Part shown: one piece after another, positions 1-10,111 of the stretch
Layout: every line of letters starts with the position of its first letter
How positions within the stretch are numbered: position 1 is the stretch's first letter
Source of the DNA: Alcaligenaceae bacterium
GTDB taxonomy: Bacteria; Pseudomonadota; Gammaproteobacteria; Burkholderiales; Burkholderiaceae_B
NCBI GenBank assembly: GCA_013205565.1
Contig: JABMMM010000174.1
Span: 2,290 to 66,289 of the forward strand
DNA length: 64,000 bases
Direction of reading: 5' to 3'
The notes under the pieces: model-generated
The model's input: the letters and a program-made list of their open reading frames with translations, nothing else
Databases searched by the model: none
What the model was told of the DNA's origin: nothing
Made by a program: the position numbers and the translations under genes

Positions 1-509
1 TCGCAGGGTTGTTTCTCTGCAGCGAGCCAGCGCAGCGTCTGCAGTCGTGAGGCCAAACGAATCAAGACAATCCGTAAATCAACGGCCATCGCCAGCAACA
101 TTTTGCGCAGCATTTCTTTTTGGTCAAGCGAATCCAGTGCGCCGTCGGTCGCCCCGCTCGCCAGCGAGCCCAGCCGCGATAAGGCGCGCGTGCCTTGCAC
201 TAGCTGGCTAATCTCAGTGCCAAACTGCTCATCGATCGGGTCGGGCGTCGGTGCCTTGGCGCTGCCGGTGCTAGCAACTTCGGGGGTCAACATCAGCAAG
301 GCCGCGACACGCGTGGCCACATCAGCTTGGAGCCCGGCCAAAATATTGGCCGTTTCGAAGGCATGGGCCAACAGGGTTTCGCCACCGCCCGTGAGCTGGT
401 CGGCCAACTTGGGCGCGACCCACTCAAGCGCCTGCTGCACGGTCAACTGATCAGCAGCTCCAAGGCCACCGATCAGTGTGTCAAGATCAAAACGCGAGGC
501 GTTTGACAA
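1..509 (-). CDS. relA: RelA/SpoT (p)ppGpp synthetase, 5' part (runs off window start)
   Basis: Not in the ORF track. My translation of the minus strand gives ...QKEMLRKMLLAMAVDLRIVLIRLASRLQTLRWLAAEKQPC, the RelA N-terminal motif. TTG start at 509 is tentative. Confidence 0.8.
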   Translation of the reverse strand, partial: MSNASRFDLDTLIGGLGAADQLTVQQALEWVAPKLADQLTGGGETLLAHAFETANILAGLQADVATRVAALLMLTPEVASTGSAKAPTPDPIDEQFGTEISQLVQGTRALSRLGSLASGATDGALDSLDQKEMLRKMLLAMAVDLRIVLIRLASRLQTLRWLAAEKQPC

Positions 510-516
510 CCTGACA

Positions 517-867
517 TCAAACCGCTGCAGTCACAACGATTTCTACCTTGTAGTCGGCACTGGCCAGGCGGGCTTCAATGGTCGCGCGGGGCGGCGCGTT
601 ACCCTCGGCCACCCACGCATCCCACGCCTTGTTCATGCCGTCGAATTCTTTCATGTTGGCGACAAAAATCTGTGCCATCAAAATACGCGTTTTATCGGTA
701 CCTGCTACCGCCAAAAGTTTGTCGATCACGGCAAGAATCTGACCCGTTTGTCCGGTGATGTCTTGCGCGGTGTCATCGGCGACCTGGCCGGCCAGATAAG
801 CCACCCCATTATGGACAGCCATGTCAGACAGACGCTTACCAACGTTTATACGATTAATGTTACTCAT
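517..867 (-). CDS. RidA/YjgF/UK114 family protein
   Basis: 116 aa; AYLAGQVA, WDAWV...PPRAT and KVEIVVTA motifs. Confidence 0.9.
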   Translation of the reverse strand: MSNINRINVGKRLSDMAVHNGVAYLAGQVADDTAQDITGQTGQILAVIDKLLAVAGTDKTRILMAQIFVANMKEFDGMNKAWDAWVAEGNAPPRATIEARLASADYKVEIVVTAAV

Positions 868-884
868 AACAATCCTTGAATCAA

Positions 885-2060
885 TCAGGCGGGAGGAAGT
901 TCAAACACTTGGCGCAAGTAGGCCAGGTACGCTTTATCGTCACACATCGTTTTTTCGGGTGCATCTGACACTTTCGCAACAGGCTGCTCGTTGCAGCGAA
1001 TCATTTTCATGACGATCTGCAGCGGTTCGTGTCCTAAATCGTTGGTCAGATTCGTACCAATACCAAAGGCGGTTTTACAACGCCCCGAAAACCGACGCGT
1101 TAACTCAATCGCGCGTGGAAATGTTAACGCATCTGAAAAAACCAGCGTCTTGGTACGGGCATCGACCCGATTAAACGCGTAATGCGCAAGCATTCGCTCA
1201 CCCCAGTCAAACGGGTCGCCAGAGTCGTGGCGCGCGCCATCAAATAATTTACAAAAATACATATCAAAGTCACGCAAAAAAGCGGCCAATCCATACACGT
1301 CTGACAAGGCGATGCCTAAATCGCCCCGATACTCTTTGGCCCAGGTTTCTAGGGCAAAGACTTGCGAATCACGCAAACGCGGTCCCAACGCCTGGCAGGC
1401 CTGTAAATATTCGTGAGCCATCGTACCGAGGGGCAAAACACCATGCTTCATGGCAAACCAAACGTTACTCGTGCCCGCAAAATGCTCGCCCATTTGCGCT
1501 TTCATGGTAAGCACAACCTCTTCGTGCCAAGCGTGCGAAAAGCGCCGCCGGGTACCGTATTCGGCCACCCGAAACTCTGCCAGATCGGTGGCGTCTAGCA
1601 CCAGTTTCATCTTGGTTTGCAGCCGGCTGCGCCCTTCTTCCCAATCCAGACCTTTGAAGACGTTACGGAAATACACCTCGTTGACGATCGCAAGCACCGG
1701 GATCTCAAACAAAATCGTATGCAGCCACGAGCCCTTCACCGAGATTGCGATTTCGCCTGGTAACGCGCCCTCAGTGACCTCGATGCACTTTTCGGGCAGG
1801 TGAAACAAGCCTAAAAAGTCAATGAAATCACTTTTAATAAAGCGCAAGCTCCCTAAATAAGCGAGCTCAGCGGGCACAAAGCGCAGTTGGCATAACGCGT
1901 GAATTTCTTGACGGATTTCGTCAAGATAGGGACGCAAGTTGACCCCTGGGGTGCGGCATTTGTAGCGATATTCAACCTGCGCAGCCGGAAAATGATGCAA
2001 CACCACCTGCATCATGGTGAATTTATACAAATCCGTGTCGAGCAGCGATTGAATAACCAT
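885..2060 (-). CDS. pncB: Nicotinate phosphoribosyltransferase
   Basis: [41 protein letters not shown]; start moved to ATG at 2060. Confidence 0.95.
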   Translation of the reverse strand: MVIQSLLDTDLYKFTMMQVVLHHFPAAQVEYRYKCRTPGVNLRPYLDEIRQEIHALCQLRFVPAELAYLGSLRFIKSDFIDFLGLFHLPEKCIEVTEGALPGEIAISVKGSWLHTILFEIPVLAIVNEVYFRNVFKGLDWEEGRSRLQTKMKLVLDATDLAEFRVAEYGTRRRFSHAWHEEVVLTMKAQMGEHFAGTSNVWFAMKHGVLPLGTMAHEYLQACQALGPRLRDSQVFALETWAKEYRGDLGIALSDVYGLAAFLRDFDMYFCKLFDGARHDSGDPFDWGERMLAHYAFNRVDARTKTLVFSDALTFPRAIELTRRFSGRCKTAFGIGTNLTNDLGHEPLQIVMKMIRCNEQPVAKVSDAPEKTMCDDKAYLAYLRQVFELPPA

Positions 2061-2180
2061 GACGTGTCCCAAACTTTTCAAAACCTTAGCACAGACAACG
2101 CTGCACGCGCGGGTATCCCGACACAAGCAGGTCGGTTTGGGTAAAATACTGTCTTAATCTCACGCAGCTTGGTAAACGAC

Positions 2181-2501
2181 ATGACTCACGTAGTGACTGA
2201 AAACTGTATCAAATGCAAATTTACAGACTGTGTCGATGTCTGCCCCGTTGATTGCTTTCGCGAAGGTCCCAACTTTTTAGTGATCGACCCCCAGTGTATT
2301 GACTGCGCGGTCTGTATTCCAGAATGCCCAGCTAACGCCATTTTTGCCGAAGAAGATGTTCACCAGGATCAAATGAAATTTATCGCGCTAAACGCCGAAC
2401 TTTCACCTTTGTTCGAAAGCATCAGTCGCAGTAAGGGTGGCTTGCCTGACGCCGATGCCTGGCTCGATGTGCCAGACAAACTCAAGCACCTCGAGCGTTA
2501 A
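2181..2501 (+). CDS. fdxA: 7Fe ferredoxin (FdxA type)
   Basis: [26 protein letters not shown]...[12 protein letters not shown]...LER. Confidence 0.93.
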   Translation: MTHVVTENCIKCKFTDCVDVCPVDCFREGPNFLVIDPQCIDCAVCIPECPANAIFAEEDVHQDQMKFIALNAELSPLFESISRSKGGLPDADAWLDVPDKLKHLER

Positions 2502-2536
2502 ATGGCGAGCGTCTGCCGCGCGAAGCGCTGCTTGTC

Positions 2537-3361
2537 ATGACCCAGGCCCCTGCGGCCACGGTTGCGCCCGCGCGTTACACCAAACAGACGGTGCTTAATC
2601 AAACCGTTTGGGTCAAAGACAAACTCTTCTCACTCACCCTGACACGCCCACCCGGTTTTAGTTTTATACCGGGGCAGTTTGCCCGACTCGGTCTGTCCAC
2701 CGACCACGCCTCCCCTGACGTCCCCAATGAATGGCGTGCCTACTCGATGGTGTCGGCCCCTGAAGCAAACGAACTCGAGTTTTTTTCGGTGGTGGTGCCA
2801 GACGGCCAATTCAGCCCGCCCCTGGCGCGCTTGCGCGTGGGCGATGCACTTTGGCTAAATAAAAACGTGTTTGGCTTTTTAACCCTCGAGGCGTTTGCCG
2901 ACGGCCAAGACTTATGGTTGCTGGCCACTGGCACGGGTCTATCAGCCTACCTGTCCATGCTGCGCGATCCTGCTACGTTTAAGCGCTTCAAGCACGTGAT
3001 CGTTGTGCATGGCGTGCGTCACGTAAGCGAACTCGCCTACCGCGACCAGCTTCTGTCTTTGCTTGACCGTCACGCTGGAAAGTTGCGTTATTTGCCCGTC
3101 ACCACCCAAGAAGCACTCACCCAAGATTTATCGCCAACGCTCAGCGCTCGAGCGCTCGCGCCTGCCCGCCTGACAACGTTGCTCAGTTCCGGCGAGCTTG
3201 AGCAGCGCGTCGGGCTGCCCCTGGACCCCTTGGGGTCTCGCGTGATGCTTTGCGGAAACCCTGCCATGGTCACTGACATGCGCGCGCTGCTGGCACAGCG
3301 CGGTTTTGCAGCAGGCAGGCGTGGTGTAGCCGGAAACCTCGCCGTTGAAAACTACTGGTAG
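2537..3361 (+). CDS. fpr: Ferredoxin-NADP+ reductase
   Basis: RAYSMVS, ATGTG, MLCGNPAM, C-terminal ENYW; next to the ferredoxin. Confidence 0.92.
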   Translation: MTQAPAATVAPARYTKQTVLNQTVWVKDKLFSLTLTRPPGFSFIPGQFARLGLSTDHASPDVPNEWRAYSMVSAPEANELEFFSVVVPDGQFSPPLARLRVGDALWLNKNVFGFLTLEAFADGQDLWLLATGTGLSAYLSMLRDPATFKRFKHVIVVHGVRHVSELAYRDQLLSLLDRHAGKLRYLPVTTQEALTQDLSPTLSARALAPARLTTLLSSGELEQRVGLPLDPLGSRVMLCGNPAMVTDMRALLAQRGFAAGRRGVAGNLAVENYW

Positions 3362-3463
3362 GCTCTCGGGCGGGTTCAAGCCACAACCACTGGTGTAATA
3401 ACTTAGCAAACACACTATATTTTGTTGTTGAACAGGTCAACCCGTGGCACGAGAACGACATTT

Positions 3464-3480
3464 TGTTGCGATGCAGCACA
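3464..3480 (+). promoter_or_regulatory. Possible PhaR/PhbF operator upstream of phaZ
   Basis: TGTTGCGATGCAG matches the TG-N-TGC-N3-GCA pattern described for PHB regulators; ~80 nt upstream of phaZ. Confidence 0.35.
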
Positions 3481-3557
3481 AAAAAGTGTCAAATCGAGCG
3501 TGTCGCACCCAGATCGGGTGATAATCGTCATCATCTGTTCATAACCGGATTCGCTTA

Positions 3558-4784
3558 ATGCTCTATCAAATGCATGAAATGCAGCGCGCGCTCATGGCTC
3601 CGCTCACTGAGTTTAGCGAGCTAAGTTCAAAGCTCTTTACCCACGCTGCAAGCCCCTTTGCGTACACTCCGCTGGCGCGTCAGGTGGCCGCGAGCTACGA
3701 ACTGATTTATCGACTCGGCAAGGCCTACGAAAAACCAGCTTGGGGGCTTCCAACCACCGAGATCGACGGCCAAGCCGTCGCGGTAAACCCAGAAACCGTT
3801 CTAGCCCTGCCTTTTTGCCACCTGTTGCACTTTAAGCGTGACTTGCCCGCAAAGACTCGCAAAGCCGACCCCAAGATCTTACTGGTCGCGCCGATGTCAG
3901 GCCATCACGCCACGTTGCTGCGCGACACCGTACGTGCGCTATTGCCCAATCACGAAATCTACCTCACCGACTGGATCGACGCCCGTATGGTACCGGTCGC
4001 AGACGGCGCCTTTAGCCTAAACGACTATGTGCGCTACCTGCAGCAGTTTTTGCGACACCTAGGCCCTGGGGTACACCTAATGTCGGTGTGCCAGCCCACG
4101 GTGCCTGCCCTCGCGGCGGTCTCTTTGATGGCAACGAATAACGATCCCTGTCTGCCACGCAGCATGACAATGATGGGCGGCCCGATTGATCCGCGCTGCT
4201 CACCGACGCAAGTGAATCGTTTGGCGACCACCAAACCGTTTGAATGGTTTGAACAAAAACTTATTCATACGGTGCCCCCACAGTACCCAGGCGCAGGACG
4301 CCGTGTCTATCCCGGCTTTTTGCAACATGCCGGCTTTTTGTCGATGAACCCCGACCGTCACGTTAAATCTCATTACGACTTTTATCTTGATTTGTTGCGT
4401 GGCGACGAAGAAGACGCCGAGGCGCATCGCCGTTTTTATAACGAGTACAACGCCGTGCTCGATATGTCCGAAGAGTTTTATCTTGACACGATTCGGACGG
4501 TGTTTCAAGAATTTGCTTTGCCAAACGGCACTTGGGAGATCGACGGGCAGCTCGTTGCGCCGCGCGACATTCAAACGGTTGCGCTGTTCACCATCGAAGG
4601 CGAGCTAGACGATATTTCAGGCGAGGGTCAAACCCGTGCCGCACAAGATCTCTGCTCGGGGATCCCGACCGAGCGCAAACAACACTACACAGCACCTGAG
4701 TGTGGCCACTATGGGATTTTTGCCGGACGCCGGTGGCGCACGACGATTTGCCCTCAAATTGCCGAGTTCATCCGAAAATCTTGA
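3558..4784 (+). CDS. phaZ: Intracellular polyhydroxyalkanoate depolymerase
   Basis: MLYQMHEMQR start, VAPMSGHHATLLR, SVCQP catalytic Cys motif, EGELDDISG, GHYGIF. Confidence 0.95.
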   Translation: MLYQMHEMQRALMAPLTEFSELSSKLFTHAASPFAYTPLARQVAASYELIYRLGKAYEKPAWGLPTTEIDGQAVAVNPETVLALPFCHLLHFKRDLPAKTRKADPKILLVAPMSGHHATLLRDTVRALLPNHEIYLTDWIDARMVPVADGAFSLNDYVRYLQQFLRHLGPGVHLMSVCQPTVPALAAVSLMATNNDPCLPRSMTMMGGPIDPRCSPTQVNRLATTKPFEWFEQKLIHTVPPQYPGAGRRVYPGFLQHAGFLSMNPDRHVKSHYDFYLDLLRGDEEDAEAHRRFYNEYNAVLDMSEEFYLDTIRTVFQEFALPNGTWEIDGQLVAPRDIQTVALFTIEGELDDISGEGQTRAAQDLCSGIPTERKQHYTAPECGHYGIFAGRRWRTTICPQIAEFIRKS

Positions 4785-4849
4785 CGTGGCTCTAAACTGC
4801 TCCAACACAGGTCGCCCGCTTGGCGACCTAAAAACCTGCGCGCTTTGCC

Positions 4850-5548
4850 ATGCTTGCTGAACGCCTGAACGACCTTTTGCCGCAAACGCAGTGCACCAAG
4901 TGCGGCTATCAGGGCTGCAAGCCTTACGCACAGGCGCTTGCCACCGAAGGCGAGGCACTTAATCGCTGCCCGCCCGGTGGTCGCGCAGGAATCGCCGCGC
5001 TCGCCGCGCTGTTGCAACAACCTCTTCTAGAGCCAGACCAAAGCTGCGGGGTACTTCGTCCTTTGCACGTTGCCCTGATTGATGAGCAGTTTTGTATTGG
5101 CTGCACGCTTTGTATTCAGGCCTGCCCGGTAGACGCGATTGTGGGCGCCTCGAAGTTGATGCATACCGTTGTGCCCGAGCAATGTACGGGTTGCGATTTA
5201 TGTGTAGCCCCCTGTCCGGTTGATTGCATCACCATGGTTCCGGTCAGCCCCGAGCGCGCCTGGACCCCGCTGGATGCCAGCCTCGCTCGCGCGCGTTTTG
5301 AAAGCCGTCAAGTCCGCTTGGCGCAAGAGCCAGAGTCCCTCAGGCAGTCGACACCCGCCAGAGCACCGGTCGCGATGACGGATCCACTGGCGGCGACCCA
5401 GGGGGCCACTCAGGCGATGACTCAGGCGACTGGCAACGACCAAGCAGCAGGCTTAGCCCAGACGGCTAAGCAAGCCGCGATTGCACAAGCTTTAACGCAA
5501 GCTTTGGCACGCGCCCGCGCACGTCGCGCGACCCACCCCGTCCGTTGA
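4850..5548 (+). CDS. rnfB: Stand-alone RnfB/RsxB-like Fe-S protein
   Basis: [14 protein letters not shown] FeS domain plus 2x CxxCxxCxxxCP; Ala/Gln-rich tail. Confidence 0.85.
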   Translation: MLAERLNDLLPQTQCTKCGYQGCKPYAQALATEGEALNRCPPGGRAGIAALAALLQQPLLEPDQSCGVLRPLHVALIDEQFCIGCTLCIQACPVDAIVGASKLMHTVVPEQCTGCDLCVAPCPVDCITMVPVSPERAWTPLDASLARARFESRQVRLAQEPESLRQSTPARAPVAMTDPLAATQGATQAMTQATGNDQAAGLAQTAKQAAIAQALTQALARARARRATHPVR

Positions 5549-5575
5549 GCGCCTGAGCGCGCAAAGGCTAAAACG

Positions 5576-6211
5576 TTGAACGCAAGCAAACGCCACGAGA
5601 TTTTTAGCCGCATGCGCGCGGCCAACCCTGAGCCCACTACCGAACTCGAATACCACAGCGACTTTCAGTTATTGATCGCCGTCTTGCTTTCGGCGCAAAC
5701 GACCGACAAGGCCGTGAATTTGGCAACGCGCAAGTTTTTTCCCAAACACGGCACCCCAAAAGGTTTGTTAGCGCTAGGTGAGGCCAAACTCAGCGATCAC
5801 CTCAAGACGCTTGGGCTTTACAAAACCAAAACCAAAAATGCCCTGGCTACCTGTACGCTTTTGCTCGAGCAGCACGCGGGCAAAGTGCCGCAAAACCGCG
5901 AGGCGCTTGAAGCCCTGCCAGGGGTGGGTCGCAAAACAGCCAATGTTGTCTTAAACACCGCCTTTGGCCAACCCACCATTGCCGTCGACACCCATATTTT
6001 TAGGGTCTCAAACCGCACAAAGATCGCACCTGGCAAAGATGTCGTGGCGGTCGAAAAAGGTCTTGAAAAATTTGTCGCGCCAGAATTCAAGCTCAATGTC
6101 CACCATTGGCTCATTTTGCATGGGCGTTACATTTGCGTCGCACGCACTCCCAAGTGTCCGCAGTGCGGCATTGCTGATTTGTGCGAGTACCGGCCAAAAA
6201 CCAAGGCCTGA
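5576..6211 (+). CDS. nth: Endonuclease III
   Basis: HhH LPGVGRKTANVV, AVDTH, CxxxxPxCxxCxxxxxC cluster. Confidence 0.96.
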   Translation: MNASKRHEIFSRMRAANPEPTTELEYHSDFQLLIAVLLSAQTTDKAVNLATRKFFPKHGTPKGLLALGEAKLSDHLKTLGLYKTKTKNALATCTLLLEQHAGKVPQNREALEALPGVGRKTANVVLNTAFGQPTIAVDTHIFRVSNRTKIAPGKDVVAVEKGLEKFVAPEFKLNVHHWLILHGRYICVARTPKCPQCGIADLCEYRPKTKA

Positions 6212-6368
6212 ACAACAGAACCTGCCCTGGCGGTGAAACGCGCACGCCCCCCCTAAGGCGTGCTTGCCAAACGTCAGACTACCTATGACAAACCCGAATG
6301 TTGTTTTTGCTGCACTTGCGTCATAATGCCCCCTCGCATTTAAAAATACTCCACTCGCAAAGATACGC

Positions 6369-7142
6369 ATGAAAGACATCATCCTTGAGACGTCAAATCT
6401 CACCAAGGAATTCAAAGGTTTTGTGGCCGTTAACGACGTTTCGTTAAGCGTGCAACGCGGTCAAATTCACGCCTTAATTGGCCCTAACGGCGCCGGTAAA
6501 ACCACCTGTTTTAACCTCCTGACTAAGTTTCTGCCACCCACTCGCGGCAAAATCACCTTTAACGGTCTAGACATCACGGGCGATCGCCCCGCACAAATTG
6601 CACGGCGCGGCATCATTCGCTCGTTTCAAATCTCAGCGGTGTTTCCGCATTTAACGGTGCTCGAAAACGTGCGCATCGGTCTGCAGCGCCAAACGGGTAT
6701 CTCTTTTCATTTCTGGAGAAGCGAAAACCGCCTGAATCAACTCAATGAGCGCGCGCAAGCGCTACTTGAACAAGTCGATCTGGGCGACTTTGCGAAAGAA
6801 CTCACTGGCAGCCTGCCCTATGGACGCAAGCGTGCACTCGAAATTGCCACCACTCTGGCAATGGAACCCGAGTTGATGCTGCTTGACGAACCCACGCAGG
6901 GCATGGGACACGAAGACGTCGATCGCGTCACGCAATTGATCAAACGCGTCAGCGTTGGACGCACCATTTTGATGGTCGAGCACAACATGAACGTCGTAGC
7001 CTCGATAGCCGACACCATCACCGTGCTCGCGCGTGGTGCCGTTTTGGCTGAAGGCAATTATGCACACGTCTCAAAAGACCCCTTAGTCATGGAAGCCTAC
7101 ATGGGAACGACCGAAGGCGAACTCGAGGGGGCACACGCATGA
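6369..7142 (+). CDS. livG: Liv-family ABC transporter ATPase (LivG-like)
   Basis: GPNGAGKTT, LPYG, LLDEP. Confidence 0.88.
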   Translation: MKDIILETSNLTKEFKGFVAVNDVSLSVQRGQIHALIGPNGAGKTTCFNLLTKFLPPTRGKITFNGLDITGDRPAQIARRGIIRSFQISAVFPHLTVLENVRIGLQRQTGISFHFWRSENRLNQLNERAQALLEQVDLGDFAKELTGSLPYGRKRALEIATTLAMEPELMLLDEPTQGMGHEDVDRVTQLIKRVSVGRTILMVEHNMNVVASIADTITVLARGAVLAEGNYAHVSKDPLVMEAYMGTTEGELEGAHA

Positions 7143-7846
7143 CCGCCGCACTCGAAATCAAAGGCCTGAACGCCTGGTATGGTGAATCACATATCTTGCA
7201 CGGCATTGACTTAACCGTAAACCAAGGCGAAGTCGTCACTTTGCTTGGGCGCAACGGCGCCGGGCGCACCACCACGCTGCGCGCGATCCTAGGCTTGACC
7301 GGCGCGCGCACGGGCTCGGTGCGCATCGGCGGTACGGAAGCTATCGACCTACCGACCTTTAAAATTGCGAAGCTTGGCGTGGGCTATTGCCCCGAAGAGC
7401 GCGGCATCTTTGCGAGCTTGTCTTGTGAAGAAAACTTGCTGCTACCGCCGCCCGTGGGCGGACTGGGCGGCGGAATGTCGCTGTCAGAAATCTACGAGAT
7501 GTTTCCGAACTTGCTTGAGCGTCGCAACTCGCCCGGCACGCGTTTGTCGGGTGGCGAACAGCAAATGTTAGCGGTTGCCAGAATCTTGCGCACTGGTGCA
7601 AACCTGTTGCTGCTTGACGAAATCTCAGAGGGTCTGGCCCCGGTCATTATGCAAGCGCTGGGTCGGATGATCAAGACGCTGAAGACCAAGGGCTATACCA
7701 TTGTGATGGTCGAACAGAATTTTCGGTTCGCCGCACCGCTTGCCGACCGCTTTTATGTCGTAGAGCACGGCCAGATTGTTGAACACTTTGACGCCAAAGA
7801 GCTTGGGGCCAAGCAGGCTGTATTAACAGAGCTATTAGGCGTCTAA
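7139..7846 (+). CDS. livF: Liv-family ABC transporter ATPase (LivF-like)
   Basis: GRNGAGRTT, LSGGEQQ, LLDE, VEQN. Confidence 0.88.
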   Translation: MTAALEIKGLNAWYGESHILHGIDLTVNQGEVVTLLGRNGAGRTTTLRAILGLTGARTGSVRIGGTEAIDLPTFKIAKLGVGYCPEERGIFASLSCEENLLLPPPVGGLGGGMSLSEIYEMFPNLLERRNSPGTRLSGGEQQMLAVARILRTGANLLLLDEISEGLAPVIMQALGRMIKTLKTKGYTIVMVEQNFRFAAPLADRFYVVEHGQIVEHFDAKELGAKQAVLTELLGV

Positions 7847-7931
7847 CCCTTTGTTTGAATTGTATGATGGCGTCTGCGCAACCAGACGTTCATTTTTTAT
7901 TGTTGCGTTTTGCATTTTTTCGGAGAACCAC

Positions 7932-9143
7932 ATGAAACTTCGTACCCTAAGTGCCTCGCTGATGTTGGCTGGTTTTGGCCTCGTCTCACGTTCCGCTTTA
8001 GCAAACATATCTGACGACGTTATCCGTATTGGCTTTATCACCGACATGGCGAGCGTGTATTCAGACATCGACGGCCCTGGCGGCATCGAAGCCGCGCGCA
8101 TGGCAATCGCCGATGCAGGCGGCATGATCAACGGCAAAAAGATTGAATTGATTTTTGCCGATCACCAGAACAAGGCCGACGTGGCTGCGGCAAAAGCACG
8201 CGAATGGTTTGACCAACAAAAAATCGACATGTTGATTGGTGGTACCAATTCTGGTGTCAATCTGGCCTTAGCCGGTATCGCCGCCGAAAAGAAAAAAGTC
8301 TTTATGGCGATTGGTGCGGCAGCGTCAGACCTGACCGGCGCACAATGCACAGCCTACACCGTTCACTGGGCCTATGACACCGTGGCACTTGCGCGCGGCA
8401 CCGGTTCGGCGATTGTGAAAGCCGGCGGCAAATCATGGTATTTTTTGACAGCTGATTATGCTTTTGGTCATGCGCTTGAGCGTGACACTGCAAACGTGGT
8501 GAGAGCCGCAGGCGGTGAAATCAAAGGCCAAGTGCGCGCCCCCTTGAATTCTTCTGACTTTTCATCGTTTTTATTGCAAGCACAAAGCTCAAAGGCTCAA
8601 ATTTTGGGCTTAGCAAACGCGGGTGGCGACACGATCAATTCGATCAAAGCGGCAAACGAATTCGGTATCGGCAAAACCATGAAGCTCGCCGGCTTGTTGA
8701 TTTTTATTAACGATATTCACTCACTCGGCCTAGGTGTTACCCAAGGCATGCAGTTTACTGACGGCTGGTATTGGGATCAAAACGACGAAACCCGTGCGTG
8801 GTCGACTAAGTTTGAAGCCAAGCTTAAGCGCAAACCTTCGATGATTCAGGCGGGCGACTACTCGGCCGTTTCGTTTTATTTAAATGCAGTCAAAGCGACC
8901 GGTAGCGATGACGGCGATACTGTCATGAAGTGGATGAAGTCCAACAAGGTCAACGACATGTTTGCCAAAAATGGCTACGTGCGCGAGGACGGCCGTATGG
9001 TTCACGACATGTTCTTGATGGAAGTCAAGAAACCGTCTGAATCCAAAGGCCCTTGGGACTACTATAAAACAATCGCGGTTTTGCCTGGTGAGTCGGTTTT
9101 CACCACGCTTGCTGAATCTACCTGCAAACTTATTAAGAAGTAA
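7932..9143 (+). CDS. Liv-family periplasmic binding protein (branched-chain amino acid/organic acid)
   Basis: Signal peptide after ATG at 7932 (RBS GGAG); ADHQNKAD, ADYAFG, REDGRMVHDM motifs. Confidence 0.88.
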   Translation: MKLRTLSASLMLAGFGLVSRSALANISDDVIRIGFITDMASVYSDIDGPGGIEAARMAIADAGGMINGKKIELIFADHQNKADVAAAKAREWFDQQKIDMLIGGTNSGVNLALAGIAAEKKKVFMAIGAAASDLTGAQCTAYTVHWAYDTVALARGTGSAIVKAGGKSWYFLTADYAFGHALERDTANVVRAAGGEIKGQVRAPLNSSDFSSFLLQAQSSKAQILGLANAGGDTINSIKAANEFGIGKTMKLAGLLIFINDIHSLGLGVTQGMQFTDGWYWDQNDETRAWSTKFEAKLKRKPSMIQAGDYSAVSFYLNAVKATGSDDGDTVMKWMKSNKVNDMFAKNGYVREDGRMVHDMFLMEVKKPSESKGPWDYYKTIAVLPGESVFTTLAESTCKLIKK

Positions 9144-9154
9144 GCATAAGCTAG

Positions 9155-9190
9155 GCTTCGGTACGCGCCCGCGTATCGAAGCTGGTTTTT
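9155..9190 (+). terminator. Stem-loop after the binding-protein gene
   Basis: GCTTCGGTACGCG-CC-CGCGTATCGAAGC followed by TGGTTTTT. Confidence 0.6.
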
Positions 9191-9223
9191 GCTGACTCTG
9201 CATCTTTGGCGTTCTGATTCACA

Positions 9224-10111
9224 ATGATCACTATTTTTGGTATTCCCTTACAAGCCTTCTTAGGCCAGCTTTTGCTGGGCTTAGTCAACGGCTCTTTTTA
9301 CGCCATTTTGTCGTTGGGCTTAGCGGTGATTTTTGGCTTGCTCAATGTCATTAACTTTGCGCATGGTGCGCTTTACATGTTTGGCGCGTTTCTGGCCTGG
9401 ATGGGTTTAGCCTATTTTGACCTGAATTATTGGGTCATGCTGGCGCTTGCTCCGCTCATCGTTGGCTTTTTTGGCATTTTGATTGAAAAATTTTTGCTCA
9501 AGCATCTTTATAAGCTTGATCATTTATACGGCCTGTTGCTCACCTTCGGCATCACGCTGTTAATGGAAGGTCTTTTTCGCAGCTTTTATGGCGTGTCAGG
9601 TCAACCCTACTCGACGCCCGAGGCACTGCGTAGCGCCACCAATCTTGGCTTCATGGTCTTGCCTAACTACCGTGCCTGGGTGGTGGTGGCCTCAGTCGTG
9701 GTCTGTTTGCTGACCTGGTTTGTGATTGAACGTACACGCTTAGGTGCCGTGCTACGGGCGGGCACTGAAAACCCACGTTTGGTCGAGGCCTTTGGTGTGA
9801 ACGTGCCGCTGATGATCACCCTCACGTACGGCTTTGGAGTCGCACTCGCCGGCTTTGCAGGTGTTCTAGCAGCACCGATCTTGCAGATTTCACCCCTCAT
9901 GGGTTCAAACCTGATCATCGTCGTGTTTGCTGTGGTCGTGATCGGGGGGATGGGGTCGATTTTGGGCGCCATTGTCACGGGCCTTGGTCTGGGACTCATC
10001 GAAGGCTTGACCAAAGTGTTTTGGCCTGAGGCCTCAAGTACGGTCGTGTTCATCATCATGGCGATCGTCTTATTACTGCGCCCGGCAGGTCTGTTTGGAA
10101 AAGAAAAATGA
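9224..10111 (+). CDS. livH: Liv-family permease (LivH-like)
   Basis: LGLAVIFGLLNVINFAHG, VVIGGMGS; hydrophobic. Confidence 0.88.
   Translation: MITIFGIPLQAFLGQLLLGLVNGSFYAILSLGLAVIFGLLNVINFAHGALYMFGAFLAWMGLAYFDLNYWVMLALAPLIVGFFGILIEKFLLKHLYKLDHLYGLLLTFGITLLMEGLFRSFYGVSGQPYSTPEALRSATNLGFMVLPNYRAWVVVASVVVCLLTWFVIERTRLGAVLRAGTENPRLVEAFGVNVPLMITLTYGFGVALAGFAGVLAAPILQISPLMGSNLIIVVFAVVVIGGMGSILGAIVTGLGLGLIEGLTKVFWPEASSTVVFIIMAIVLLLRPAGLFGKEK

Noticed and set aside
103-450. 115-aa + strand ORF in the track
   Set aside because: Antisense to relA, which the track missed because it is truncated by the window edge
4850-6211. rnfB without the rest of the rnf operon, with an ATQ-repeat tail
   Set aside because: Stand-alone rnfB-nth is a common betaproteobacterial arrangement; the short 12-bp repeats encode an ordinary linker
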